The notes below the pieces were generated by a model. The model ran no database searches. It worked only from the letters and a program-made list of their open reading frames with translations, and was not told the origin of the DNA. A stretch of DNA of 64,000 nucleotides from Adineta vaga (Eukaryota; Animalia; Rotifera): positions 10,292,001 through 10,356,000 of the forward strand of contig CP075493.1 in assembly GCA_021613535.1 (NCBI GenBank). Direction: 5' to 3'. A program made the translations under genes and the position numbers. Position 1 is the stretch's first letter; each line of letters starts with the position of its first letter. Below, in pieces: positions 51,842-64,000 of this stretch.

Positions 51842-52279
51842 TCAAAGAATTTTCGTACCATTGCCATTTTGACTTAGAATTTGTGGGTCAATAGCAACAA
51901 TAATATTCAAAACAACATTGATTACAGTTACAAAAAGAGATAAAATCAAAGAAATATTATTTAAAGATACTAAACGATGTTGTCGAGGCTTTTTTGAAAT
52001 GTCATCCGTACCAAGTAGAATCAAAATACAAGCATTGAGAACTTGAATAACTAACGATGCACAAACAAGAATAATACCAACTAACCAAAGTGTATCTTTA
52101 TTCTTGGTATTTCCAAGAAGTGTTTTTAATTGTACAGCATTTGTTGCTAGTAATGCAACTTCTAAATTACTAATTGCCAATGTCTTTTTTGTTGCATATT
52201 GATTTATAGTTGTTTTGCCATGATCGAATGTATTTGGTGCATCAGAACTCTCGTCAACTTCCATTCTATTTCGCGACAT
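51842..52279 (-). CDS. Ninjurin family membrane protein
   Basis: INQYATKKTLAISNLEVALLATNAVQLKTLL matches ninjurin N.YA.KKS.A..MLDIALL.ANASQLK. Two TM helices and LNN motif. First ATG at 52279 (MSRNRME). Confidence 0.88.
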   Translation of the reverse strand: MSRNRMEVDESSDAPNTFDHGKTTINQYATKKTLAISNLEVALLATNAVQLKTLLGNTKNKDTLWLVGIILVCASLVIQVLNACILILLGTDDISKKPRQHRLVSLNNISLILSLFVTVINVVLNIIVAIDPQILSQNGNGTKIL

Positions 52280-55200
52280 TTTTCGATGAGAAACTGAAAA
52301 ACTTTCTGTTTGACAAAATGAAATTAATCCAAGAATGAATAACGATAGACAAATAAAAGATAAGATAACCTTCAAGTTGATGATAACTTTGTATTATCAA
52401 AGAAAACTTTATAACAATATATTTTTCATCAAGAATAGTTCTTAATATCATCGATTAAAAGATTATAAAAAAATTTGAGTATTTACACTACCAGTCTGTT
52501 TTGCCGAAAAAATGAAACATTGAAACGTGTTCATTACAGTTAAAAAAAGCAATAGGAAAACATACAATTTCTCTAAATCTAAATCTTAAAATAGTAATTC
52601 ATTGATCATCATTTTTTCGTCATGTTTGAGTGCTTTATATAAGAATAAAATACATGTATTAACCAACATTTTCAGTAAAAAAAAACAACAATTCGTTCAA
52701 ACTGGCAGCACTCAATTCAATAATATAATATGTGTCGCTAGTTGTCAGATTTTGAGATTTGGTCATAATATTTTCATTCTTTTTTTTCTCGATTCAATTA
52801 TGTTCAAAAGAATATAACCTATATATTTTAATGAATGTTAGCACGTGTATTTTCTCTAAAATCAAATATATATATATATAGATACTTCAATATTTACCAT
52901 GAGTCGTCCATTATTGAAACCAATGATTGTTGAGAAAAAAAGAACCTTCCTTCTTTTATTTTATTCTACTCTATAAACGTTACGTTACGTTGCATTGCAT
53001 TCTTTTTATACTTGTTTGCATGTAGAATAATTTGACCTTTTTTTCTTTTAAAACTATCTATGATGTCAACTTATGTATCTTACTTTTAGATCGATTTATT
53101 CTTGAACTCAATAATCATTTGTCAAACAATTCGCATTAAAATAAGAAATTATTTCTTTCTAGTAAGTATGTTGTTACTAATGAAATATAAGTAAAATACT
53201 TTTATTTGACCTTGAACTAAAATTGTATTTGATGATTCGTCGAGGAAAAACAATATTTACTATCAAATAAACTGATAGAAAGAAATTAAAAAGCTTTCTA
53301 TATTTACATATAGTAGAAATCATAAAATAAAATCCGAATTTTTAAACAAATCAATGCCAAAGAAAACTTTGAAGATTATTTAAATAGAAATACGTCATAT
53401 AAGTACAAATGAGCATCATGTTAAGGCATGTTATTGAGTTTTTCAACCGTCTTATATTATAGAAAATCAAGACATGATAATGAAAGATGATTAGAATTTA
53501 GTCTCTTATGAATAATATTTCCATTAATTACTTATTTATATTCTTTTCCTTGTACTCTTTTCTTTTCTTTCAATTAACTGTAGAAGTAAATCGGATTTTC
53601 TAATTACAAAAAAATGAATTGAAACCCGTATTCAATCAAACTTTGGTTACTATGACCTTCTATTTTTTTTTCTCATCTTATTCAAGTGAGCTTGAATATA
53701 CTATTACATATTTGTTCATTTCCATATGAGCTATAATTATTTCTAACAAAGTTTATCTGAAGTACGACAGTATTTGAGAAAGATATGATGTGAAATATTT
53801 CTCAAAACATTATCTTATTTATCGATAATTGAAAATTGGGTTTGTTGTTTCGGTACAAATAACCTCTCTCGATAAGGCATAATCAAAATAATCTTTCGGT
53901 ACATGACACGAGTTAAATAAAAGTTCTTTAACTTTTCAGAGAGAAAAAGTACAAACGATATTATACTTATTATTACATGTTACTAGAAATATTCTATGAA
54001 GCATTCGACATACTTAGTGTCTCGAAAGAAATATTTAAAAAGTGTTACCTTCGATCATGCATCAATTAGTGAGATGTATAGAGTGGCAGAAAGAAAGAAT
54101 TTTTATGAAAGAAAATAAGTGAATTCTTACGTATTTTTTTGCAATTTGTTAAATTAATTAGATAATAAATCAGATGAAACGAACATTAATTTCCTAAATT
54201 CTTTTTGCGTCGTATATTATTTTCTGTTCTTGAGAAATAAAAAAATAGTTCAAGAATGTTATTCTTGGGTACTTTATGCGCGTCATCCGAACGTCATCGT
54301 CGATTGTCTTTCTATTATTCTTACGTCTTGCATAATATTCTCCTATTTTCCCGTCCTTCATACTCATGTAATAAGAGAAGAAAGAAAAAATCTAAAAAAA
54401 ATGTACAGCAAACATACGGATTTTATTTTCAATCATTTCCCTTTTCTATAAACGTCTGTTGATGATGTTCTACAGACGCCTTTATATTTAAATCCTATAC
54501 ATGTTATTAGTTCGATGACAGACGCGTTCGCAAAGTGTTATGCATAATCGACAGAAGAGCAAAAAAAACAATGTATGACATTGGCTGTCGACAACTGATA
54601 AATGAAGCCGTAAATAAGCACATACAATAAATCGTCTTTTTCTTCTCTTTCCTCTTTTCCTATCGTATATGTGTGCGCACTTACATACACGCATTACTTT
54701 CTTGTGTAAGGAAGAAAAAAAGAAAGTACTCAAAATAAAAGTTTGACCTGTCCTTTTCTTTGTTTCCTTTCTCCTTCGTGATATTTCCTTGGGAATATAT
54801 TTTTATTACAAGGACATGCATAGTTGTAATTTAATCATTTCATAAGATCTATTGATTGTTAGATCGTACTCTTTCGCTTTATGTGATTTTATTCTGTACC
54901 GAATAACCCCAAGAAGCCAGATCATGTTTTCGTTTTAATAGAAAATTAATTAATACGGTAAAGCTTACAATAATGTTTTCTATCAATTTAATTAGAAAGA
55001 ATATCTCAATTAATAAATATTTTTCTCACTGAAAGATATGGAACATCCATTTAAAAAAGTTAATTACATGAACTTTAAGGACGATATTTGTGACTCTGTT
55101 TAATATATTCTTTTTTTTTTCTGTACGTCTTTTTGTTTTTTTTTCGAAGACTCGTCTTACGACGAATATAGCGAGTCTTTTTTTTCTTTCTCTCTTTCTT

Positions 55201-55513
55201 CTCTCTCTCTCTCTACGTTGTCTTTCACAATCCGCACTCCAACACAACTTTTTCCTTTTTTTTCTTCTTTCGCCTACGTTTATTCTCCTTTCGACTTTCT
55301 CCAAAGAACATTATCATTCTTTATAAAAAAAATGATATAGACCGTGTTCCCATTGACCTTATCGTTTAATTACAACCAACGTATTTATCCTTTATACTTA
55401 TGTTACCAAATATTTTTCTCAATGTTTTTATTTCCAATTTTTTAATCACATTTTTTTTGTTCACATACTCAGATCCGTATCTATAGATAGAAATAAGAGA
55501 AAACATCATCATC

Positions 55514-58500
55514 ATGTATACGCAACATTCGTTAGAATCATACAATTATGCTCACCAATCATCACCATCGAGTGATTTGTATAGAAAAAGGTGCGCGTTT
55601 CTCATTGAAATCAATTGTATTAATAACGTATCTTATGTAATTAATGTTTATGGTTGTTCTTTTTTCTTGTGATTAGTATTTATTCAAAATTGAAACGTCC
55701 ATCGTATGATGACGAACAAATTGTGAAAAGTGAATTTGTCGACAATTTAAATCGAAGTTCAACTAGTTCATCTCCATTGATAAAAATGCAACACCAAACA
55801 ACAAATGACCCATCACCTGGTGTTGCTAGTCGATTGTGTAGTGTCTGTGGTGATATAAGTACAGGTATATAGCTTGGGAGTTATTTTTTTGAAAGCAAGC
55901 GTTTTTCTTTTAATTCTTTGTTTTCGAAATAACAGAAGAAAATTAATTTTGTGTCTTATTTTTGCTTCTAGGAATTCATTTTGGTGGAAATAGTTGTGAA
56001 AGTTGTAAAGCATTTTTTCGTCGATCAGTTCAATGTAATCGCCATCAAAATTATAAATGCTCAAACGAAGGTAAATATGTCTGATCGTCACTACGTTCTA
56101 TTTGTCAAAAGGTCATTTTGAGTACTTTTATTTTCCTTCCTTTTCTCTCAGTACTCGAAACTACTTCTTTCCTTCTCTTTCAGCATGCAAGAATTAATAA
56201 ATAGAATTGATAATTCCATAAGCAAAAAAGAGAATGATCATGAATTCTTTTAACCTTCATTATATTTTTGTTGTTTTTCCTTCATTCTATAGAGCAATGC
56301 CCGGTGAATATTGTCACACGTAAAGTTTGTCAATATTGTCGTTATATAAAATGCACAGTTATTGGTATGAAACCAAAATGGTAAAGATGTTTACGAACAG
56401 TGATAAATAATTCTAACGAAATGTATTTCTATTAGGGTTCTAACCGATCAAGAACGCGCAGAAAAGTATGGTTCAAGACGAAAACGTTTTCGTGAAAATC
56501 GTCCAACAGACGAAGATCCCGATATTTATAAATATTTTTTGAAAGATGAAAAATTACTTATTGAAGATATTGCACATGCTTTATATCAATCAAGAGCGTA
56601 TGTAAAGTTTGATAGAAAAAGAAAAAGAAGGAGGTTAAAGAGTTTTCTGTACTTTCTGACTATCTATAACACTAGAAGAAGACAAAAAACAACAACGAAG
56701 CACGTATTTTTCTTTTCTGTTCTTCTAATCATACGATAGAGTTTATTCAGTACACAGATCACTCTCATAGCATGTTATGTTCGTGAAAATACAACGATGC
56801 TTTTCTTTAGAACATACCCATTACAATTTCCTCCGGAATTAAATCAGTATCTAACTCTATTGGCATCAGGCAAAGCTCCACCATCACCAGCATCGCCTGG
56901 TGAAAAGCCACCGAGTCCATCTGCTAATTTTCTCATTGTACCTATTCAACGCTTTGTCTTATTCGCACGCATGCTCAAAGATTTCGATTTATTTTCGGAA
57001 GATGATAAAGTCAATCTACTTAAAGGTGCAGCAATTGAAGTTGTTGTTTGCTCGTCAAATACATTGTTTAATTCAAAAACACATACATTTACTAATTATC
57101 TCTCACGAGATCAACGAGCAGTGATGGACGATCAAATAATGCCACTTGATCCCCTATTAAAGAAATTGTGGGGCGAAGAGATTTTTAATCGAACAAAAAC
57201 TTTCTTAATTTCAATGAGTGATCTACATGTTGACGAAGTTACATCAACATTATTGATACCTGTTATCCTATTTTCACCCGATAGATCGAATATTAAAGAT
57301 CTAGATTTAGTCAAACGTTTACAAATCAAATATGTTGCTTTAATTCATAAATATATCAAATGGCGTTACGGTGCACAACATGCCGAAAAACTTTATCCTA
57401 AACTTTTACTTCAAATTGTTAATGTACGTGCATTAGGTTTAGCTCACGCTGAAATCATTCAAAAAGTAATGGCAACAACTAATGTTAATCCACTTGTTCA
57501 AGAAGTTACAAATAAACCAACAACAGACAGAACAAGTAAGATAAATTCACAAATTATTTTTGTTTTTTTAATAGAAAAATAAATCTTTATGCTATTACAA
57601 GATGAGTACGGGAACATAAAAATAGTTGTCTTTTAATAATTTTTAAAATTAATTAGTTCCTTAGAATTTAGATTAAGGATTATTTCATGTGAAAATCGAA
57701 GATAATGAGATTTTAATAAAAAAGATACATTTGAATCTTTAGGAGATTCTGCATCATTTCCATCGACTCCAAGTGGCAGTGAAATGATGGATTATGACAA
57801 AGTTGCATCAATGGACACGGAAAGTACCGTGGGTTCTGATGACGATGATTCAGTTCGAAATAAAACACGAAGCTCAATGGATGATGAAAGAGATTATGAT
57901 ACAGAAGATTTCAGTCAATCAAGTCCAAGAAATATCTGGAGAAAACGACGAAAACTATCATCAATTCCACAAGAAGAACCAATCAAATTTGATCCAGATG
58001 CTCTACCTAAACCTATTCAATATATAAAAGAAGAATTTACACGTTCAAATTCGGCGGATTTCGAAGCTTGCTCCAACGCAACACGTACTTCCAAACGACC
58101 ACATGATCATCAAGTTCCAAATTTTATTCCTACAATATATCACAATGATATCAATCTATCACACAAGTTAGTTATAGAGACAAATATTTTCTCAATTAAA
58201 TTATTTTCTTTAGATCATCTTCTCTCCGACATTTACCACCGAAAAAGCAATCATTATCAAAACGTAATCATTTAACCGAACAAATCTATCATCCACATTC
58301 ATCTTCGACAAATGATCTTACTTCCTACGAACATCACCAAGCACGATGTAAGACTTTATAACGATGAATTTCATATCTATATCAATCCTTTTTAGCACAT
58401 CATTTTACGGATTCACCATCGTCAGTACAGAATCATCATGATACGTCTTTTGAAGGTTATCAGCAACAATATTTAAGTTATCAGCAACAACAACAGAATG

Positions 58501-58856
58501 AACAACATTTATTGCTACTTTCATTAGGTAAGTTTCGTGAGCAGTTTTTAATGTAATAAGGCAATAGTCATTAAATAAAAGAATCATTTGATCAAATTCT
58601 AATTTTAAAATTTTTAATAGCAAATACTCGACAAGCATCCGTAGATTCTCTTCAATCTCAACCAACTAAAGCACTTAAGTCTGATGAGCAAGAGTTACTC
58701 AATGCTATTCATGCCCATCCCAATAAACGTGATCTCGTCCTCAATCTACTTCGACAAATGAATGAATCATCTTTACCACCAGTACATCCGTCTGGCGATC
58801 CAAATTATCATCAACAACAACAGTCAGAATCACATTCTAATTATAATTCATACTAA
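55514..58856 (+). CDS. Nuclear receptor, NR1J (HR96/DAF-12-like), with a long C-terminal extension
   Basis: DBD [28 protein letters not shown] (ESCKA P-box) and CPVNIVTRKVCQYCRYIKC...GMKPKWVL. LBD FARMLKDFDLFSEDDKVNLLKG, LFSPDR. About 10 exons. Confidence 0.88.
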
Positions 58857-60338
58857 CTTGATTCAAAGATAGATGATGATAATAATGATTCATAATAATT
58901 GATCATTCAAAATTTTTTCATTTCTTTCTTGTATAATATATATATATATAGTCTATTTCTATTTTCTCTTCTTCTACATTATCCCATTAAAGGTAACTAT
59001 CATTCTATTATTTCTTTGTCTGTAAGAATATAATAACAGTTACGGAGATATAACAGTTTTCATTTAAACAAAAAACAAGATACCGAATCATTATACATAG
59101 ATCTATTCTTGTCGGACTTTTTCTTTTGATTCTAACAGTCTAGCTTTTTCTTGACTCTCGAATTCACATAAGAATTTCATAGAGTGAACTTTTCAGTATC
59201 TAATCAAACACAATTTTCTTGACACGTGCCGTTCTGAAAGTGTTCTATTATGACTTATTTGATTCTTCGTTATTTCCCCATCGTTATAGATAACTTGTTG
59301 TAATTCATTTGAAGTCTATTGATCTCATATTTCAGTTCTTTGACATGAAGATAAAGAAAAAAAAACAATAGATCTAGTGATGATAAACTGTGCTTTTCTA
59401 CACAACGGTTGATTCGTATCAAAAATTATTATATCTTTTGATCGTCACTTTTAAGTTTCGAATTGATATTTACCTTTTATTTCTCTACTTTTTTGTTATT
59501 GTTCTTGTTGTTATAATTATTATTATTGGTCTATATTTTTTGTGCATTATTCTTCTTCTTCTTCTTCTCAATGATGATTTCTTTTTTGGAAGAATCTTTT
59601 CTTGTTCATTCGTTTTCACATTATATTTCCCCCCCCCCCTCTCTCTCTCTCTTGTTGTGTGTTTGTATGTATGTGTATATGTTTGTCTCGGAAAGAAAGA
59701 ACGGATTCATTTGATGAAGTAATCTTTCCTTTTTTTTCGTTTATTACGATCAGGTTGGATATTTCAACTGGTATGAATAAAATATCCACATTTCGATCAT
59801 ATCTATCAGTTAAAAGAGATTATCGGTTCAGATGTTTGAGATAACGATATAAAAAACCATTAGTTGAACGTCAGATTTTTTCTTTCTCATGAGATCTTCA
59901 AAAACGGATATTTTGTAACTGCTATCAGAAATAAAAAATAATTGCAATTCTCTCTCAAATGATAATTATACCACTTTTCCCTTAAGGGTCGAGAAAACCT
60001 TAAAACCAAACTTCCGATGTACGTGAAAAGTACAATAGCTGAAGGATTGAAAAAACATTCACCTACGCTATTTAGAATCATTAATAATTAAAAACTTTGT
60101 TGATTGGCATTCTGTTTTTTATCAAATAATTCGTGTATACTTGAAAATTTTCATTTGAACCAGCTTGTACTTTAGATGTCACCAGAAGCTTTTCTGACAT
60201 CATTCATCTTCTTTCCTCCTTCTTCTTTTCTCTCTCTCTTCTTATTTGGCACGGGTTCACATATCGGTCATCGTTGTTTAGCTTAGTCCTCACTCGTGAG
60301 TTTGACGAATATAGAACTTCTTTCTATCTTAACTCGTG

Positions 60339-60890
60339 ATGTCGACAATCGTAGCAAAAGCTACTGATACTTCACCTGAAAATCTAACTTTATGTTCGAT
60401 TGATCAATGTGCTACACAATTCGATGTTCACTGTTTTCATTGTCGTTCAAATATGTGTTCACATCATTATTTTGAACATAAACAACAACAACAACTAGCT
60501 GCTAAACATGCTGATGCAATGGATGATCTTTTACAACTTGCGTCTTCCAAATGTTTTTGTATTGGAAATGGTGGACATTCTCTATCAAAAGCTCGTCGAA
60601 CATTTTCCAATCCATTTGTTTCATCAACTTATCTATTGAAAAAAATGCGTCAACGAACAGCAAATCGATCTGAAAGTATTAAACCAATTGTCACAACAAA
60701 AACGACAGCAATTAAACTATATAATCTACGAAAACGACCTGGTAAACGTCTAAGAAATCTAGTTGCTACGAAAACAACGACCGTGACGACCACAACAGTT
60801 AAATTATGTCGAACTGTTCTCAAAACCAAACTCCGTAATAATAAACTATGTAATCGAAAATTACCATGTCCATATCATACGGTTGAATGA
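60339..60890 (+). CDS. Intronless protein with a B-box-like zinc motif, basic region and C-terminal CCCH-like motif
   Basis: CSIDQC...HCFHCRSNMCSHHYFEH; K/R-rich middle; CRTVLKTKLRNNKLCNRKLPCPYH. Confidence 0.65.
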   Translation: MSTIVAKATDTSPENLTLCSIDQCATQFDVHCFHCRSNMCSHHYFEHKQQQQLAAKHADAMDDLLQLASSKCFCIGNGGHSLSKARRTFSNPFVSSTYLLKKMRQRTANRSESIKPIVTTKTTAIKLYNLRKRPGKRLRNLVATKTTTVTTTTVKLCRTVLKTKLRNNKLCNRKLPCPYHTVE

Positions 60891-61462
60891 TATGAATGCT
60901 TATTTACATATTTTCAGTCTCTTTTTTTCTCTTTTTTTGCTTTTCTTAAGGTGATGTCTAACTTCTGTTTATAGTACTTTTCGAAAGGAAACTATAAATT
61001 TGTATTTACAAAGATAAAAAAAAACTCCTTTTCTTTTTTATGATAAAGTGATTTTTTTTCGCATCAAAATAGATTTTGTAGAAGATGTTTATGATAAACT
61101 ATAATATTCAATCAAATTAGTATATTCGAATTTTGTACTATGAAAATATTACATAAATAATCTGTCTGATTGAATTGGCAATAACAATAGATACTTGATT
61201 TGAAATGATTGTGTGTTGAACGATTTCTTTATTTTTCAAATCAAATAGGTAGCGGCATCTAATAAAACTTTCTGTTCGTTGAATATGAGATGTCCAATAA
61301 AAACATTTTCCTTTTACAAATAGACAGCTGTATGGATGGTTGGAAGCACATTGATCTTTACATTTACAAACATTTGTTTCGTCATCGTGATCACATTTTA
61401 AAACAACTGTTCTTCAATTTATTTCTTATCATACAAAATTTGTTTCGTTTAGACATTCAATT

Positions 61463-62527
61463 ATGACTCTTGTCGATTTGAACGAATGGTTCTTTGCATT
61501 TCTTCATATTTCATTCGTTTATATATTCATTACTATTCTACACCTTGTTATTCCTGCAAAGTATGTTCGTGGGTATGTTAAGGATGGTCCTACAATTTAT
61601 CGTCTGAATGGTTTGAAAGTTTTTCTAATTGTTAATCTTTTATTTACTCTTGTTATTGGATATTTTCAACTTGTTAATATTCAATATTTGATTAAATTAC
61701 GATTAAAACATGCAATTTGTGCCTGTTTTATAGGTTTAATTTTTTCATTTCTTCTTGTTCTTCCACATAAACAAAAAACATCATCATTTTGGCTCGATAT
61801 TTATCTCGGTCGATTGAAAAATCCTCAATGGTTTGGTAATCGTGCTGATGGAAAAATTTTACTTTATCTTCTGGGAGGAATTGGATTACAATTAAATTTA
61901 ATACTTCTATACTTTGAACATGCACAAGAACATAAACCTATGACAAATATTATTACCTATGTGATATTATTTACGTTTTTTACGACAGAATATTTCTATC
62001 ATGAATATGTTCATTTATATACATTTGATTTTATTGTTGAATATGTTGGATTTAAATTAGTATGGGGTTGTTTAGTTTTCTATCCATTTTTTTATCCAAC
62101 TGCAATTTGGTTTCCAATTCAATCGAGTTCATTATCATTTTCTCGACAAATACTGAGTATTAGTATCTTTTTTCTTGGATGGATTTTATCACGTGGAGCA
62201 AATAATCAAAAATATCTATTTCGAACAAAACCAAAAGAAAAATTTCTTGGCTTAATTCAACCAATCTCCATCAATGGACGATTACTTTGTTCAGGTTGGT
62301 GGGCATTGTCTCGTCACGTCAATTATCTTGGTGATACACTCATGGCTGTTGGTCTTAGTTTAGCCATTGCTGGTGGAATAGGTCCATGGTTATATCCATT
62401 GTATTATGTTGGATTATTTCTTGCGAGAGAACGAACTGATTTTGAAAGATGTCGAGATAAATATGGAAAAGATTGGGATGAATATTGCCGTCGCGTTCCT
62501 TATAGGATTATTCCATTTCTATACTAA
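61463..62527 (+). CDS. ERG4/ERG24-family sterol reductase, short bacterial-like form, intronless
   Basis: YRLNGL; YLGRLKNPQ; HLYTFDFIVEYVGFKLVWGCLVFYPFFY; RGANNQKYLF; LLCSGWWALSRHVNYLGD; CRDKYGKDWDEYCRRVPYRIIPFLY. Confidence 0.92.
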   Translation: MTLVDLNEWFFAFLHISFVYIFITILHLVIPAKYVRGYVKDGPTIYRLNGLKVFLIVNLLFTLVIGYFQLVNIQYLIKLRLKHAICACFIGLIFSFLLVLPHKQKTSSFWLDIYLGRLKNPQWFGNRADGKILLYLLGGIGLQLNLILLYFEHAQEHKPMTNIITYVILFTFFTTEYFYHEYVHLYTFDFIVEYVGFKLVWGCLVFYPFFYPTAIWFPIQSSSLSFSRQILSISIFFLGWILSRGANNQKYLFRTKPKEKFLGLIQPISINGRLLCSGWWALSRHVNYLGDTLMAVGLSLAIAGGIGPWLYPLYYVGLFLARERTDFERCRDKYGKDWDEYCRRVPYRIIPFLY

Positions 62528-62575
62528 TAATTATTTTCGACATTTTTTTTTCTAGATTGTAATTAGTTTGCAGAA

Positions 62576-64000
62576 ATGACATTCGATGGTTTTGGTAGGA
62601 TGTGAAAGAGCAATAAAGGTTTAGAACTAATTGATATTCTTTATAGGAAACGGAACTCTTGTGACTTCACATATTCCAACAAGTTCAATTCGTCGACGAA
62701 AAGAACAATTGAAAAAAGAAATTCAGGTAAGTTAGATTGAGAATATGTCAATGTACTTCATTTTGTTTGTACAAAAAAGTGACAGATGCGGTTTATGATA
62801 GTTTTAATAATAAACATAAAACAGAACTTAGAAAAATATGACATTTTTTATCTACATGAAGAAAACTAATGCATGACTTACAACTTCTTCTTTTCTATTC
62901 GTTCGCAATATTAATTATATGTTTTTATATTTAAAGGAAATCCATGAAAAAATTGCTCACTATGAAGTTGAAATGTCCATGATTCAATCTCAACATCCGA
63001 TTGAGTATGTAGAAAACTTGTGCGAATAATTTTCATTCTGATGTCGATAGGTTTCTTTTGATGAATGCAGATGAATAGAATATCAAAGCGTTACAATACG
63101 AGAAAAAAAACAGAAATTGGATGATATTGTACTACCTGAATATATTAGTCATTCGAATAATTGACGGAGAAAAAGAATCTAAAACGACCGAAGAAAATAA
63201 TTGAAGCGTCACATACGTCGTTCGTTTTTATTTATTCGAACTTGTATATCAATATTTTCTGTCTGTAATCAATAATTTCATCGAATGGACAAATCGATCG
63301 TTCGCAAGTCATCGAGGGCTTTAGAAACCGGCAAAATCTTTTCGCCAAGACTATCTGAAAGAGGTAAACAGCATGAGAGTCAAACAGAGTTTCATCATGG
63401 TTCGAAAATTGAACAAAAAATACAAAATCTTCGATTACGTATGCATGGACATCTACTACCACCGGAAGTTCCTGTTGTAGAACCGTTAAAACCAATGCGT
63501 TATGTACGACATTTTAATGTCTCAGTTTCATTAAAAAGATCGCGATTGTTAAGGTTTTTCGTTTGTTATATCAATGAATATATTTCACTCATTCTTTTTG
63601 CGTTTTTTTTCCTATTTAGTCGTCCGAATTCCGATTTAAAACAATGGTCGATTGGTAGAAGACAATTCAATGAAAATCCTAAACAAGTAATTTTGAAACA
63701 CCTATGTTTTTCATTTTAAAATGTGTGTTTCCCTAGGGAATTCAATGGCTTGTGGAGAATAATCTTCTTCAAAACACACCAGAGTCAGTGGCGACATTTC
63801 TATTCAATGAAACAGGATTGAGTAAACGTGCCATTGGAGAATATCTTGGCGAAAAGTATGTCTTTGAAACAATACTTATTCTTTTTATTTTATCTATGTT
63901 GTTGAATAGAGATGATTTTCATATTGACGTATTAAAACATTTTGCACGTCGACATGATTTTTTCACAGTAGATATCGTCGAAGCTCTTCGGTTTGTCGAT
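62576..64000 (+). CDS. Cytohesin/Steppke-like Arf-GEF (coiled coil plus Sec7), 3' truncated by window end
   Basis: IRRRKEQLKKEIQ coiled coil; Sec7 IGRRQFNENPKQGIQWLVENNLL...VATFLFNETGLSKRAIGEYLGEK...DIVEALR. Confidence 0.9.

Noticed and set aside
52280-52375. Apparent signal peptide on ninjurin (MKVILSFICL...)
   Set aside because: It starts at TTG and overlaps a probable 5' UTR intron ending in TTTTCAG just before the real ATG at 52279.
52602-55326. Short Phe/Leu-rich or Lys/Arg-rich ORFs here and at 11.9-12.4, 36.7-37.2 and 59.4-59.8 kb
   Set aside because: They arise from poly-T/poly-A tracts and microsatellites in UTR or promoter DNA, often with TTG/GTG starts.

Overview
AT-rich (roughly 30% GC by eye), gene-dense eukaryotic DNA with many 50-70 nt GT-AG introns. 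The gene content points to a bdelloid rotifer (inference): metazoan core genes mixed with NHL-repeat, ART-domain and intronless foreign-looking genes. About 25 protein-coding genes can be rebuilt by hand splicing, several missing from the ORF track (U-box gene, MRPL57, MKK4, a 57-aa secreted peptide). Core genes: septin, MESR3-like WH1/CRIB protein, eIF3e, TMEM120, MRPL57, EEF1AKMT2, a 7TM GPCR, ZO-1, SDR16C, anosmin-like, MKK4, DCN1-like, MRPL12, NDUFV1, ninjurin, an HR96-like nuclear receptor and cytohesin. Main finding: a minus-strand locus at 30247-35940 in which an R-S-E ADP-ribosyltransferase exon splices through a linker/cap exon into ten LRR exons. The LRR exons sit in an exact 145-bp lattice (84-nt phase-0 exon plus 61-nt intron), vary most at the exposed LRR face and are mosaics of each other. 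This looks like a shuffled-sensor, toxin-effector immune receptor. As assembled, an A7 run shifts the frame between ART and LRRs. Also notable: same-strand gene clusters with 48-93 nt gaps and splice acceptors just before the ATGs (candidate SL-trans-spliced operons), and two horizontal-transfer candidates (flavohemoglobin with a 2-nt frameshift; bacterial-type ERG4/ERG24 sterol reductase). No tRNA, rRNA or CRISPR array was found.
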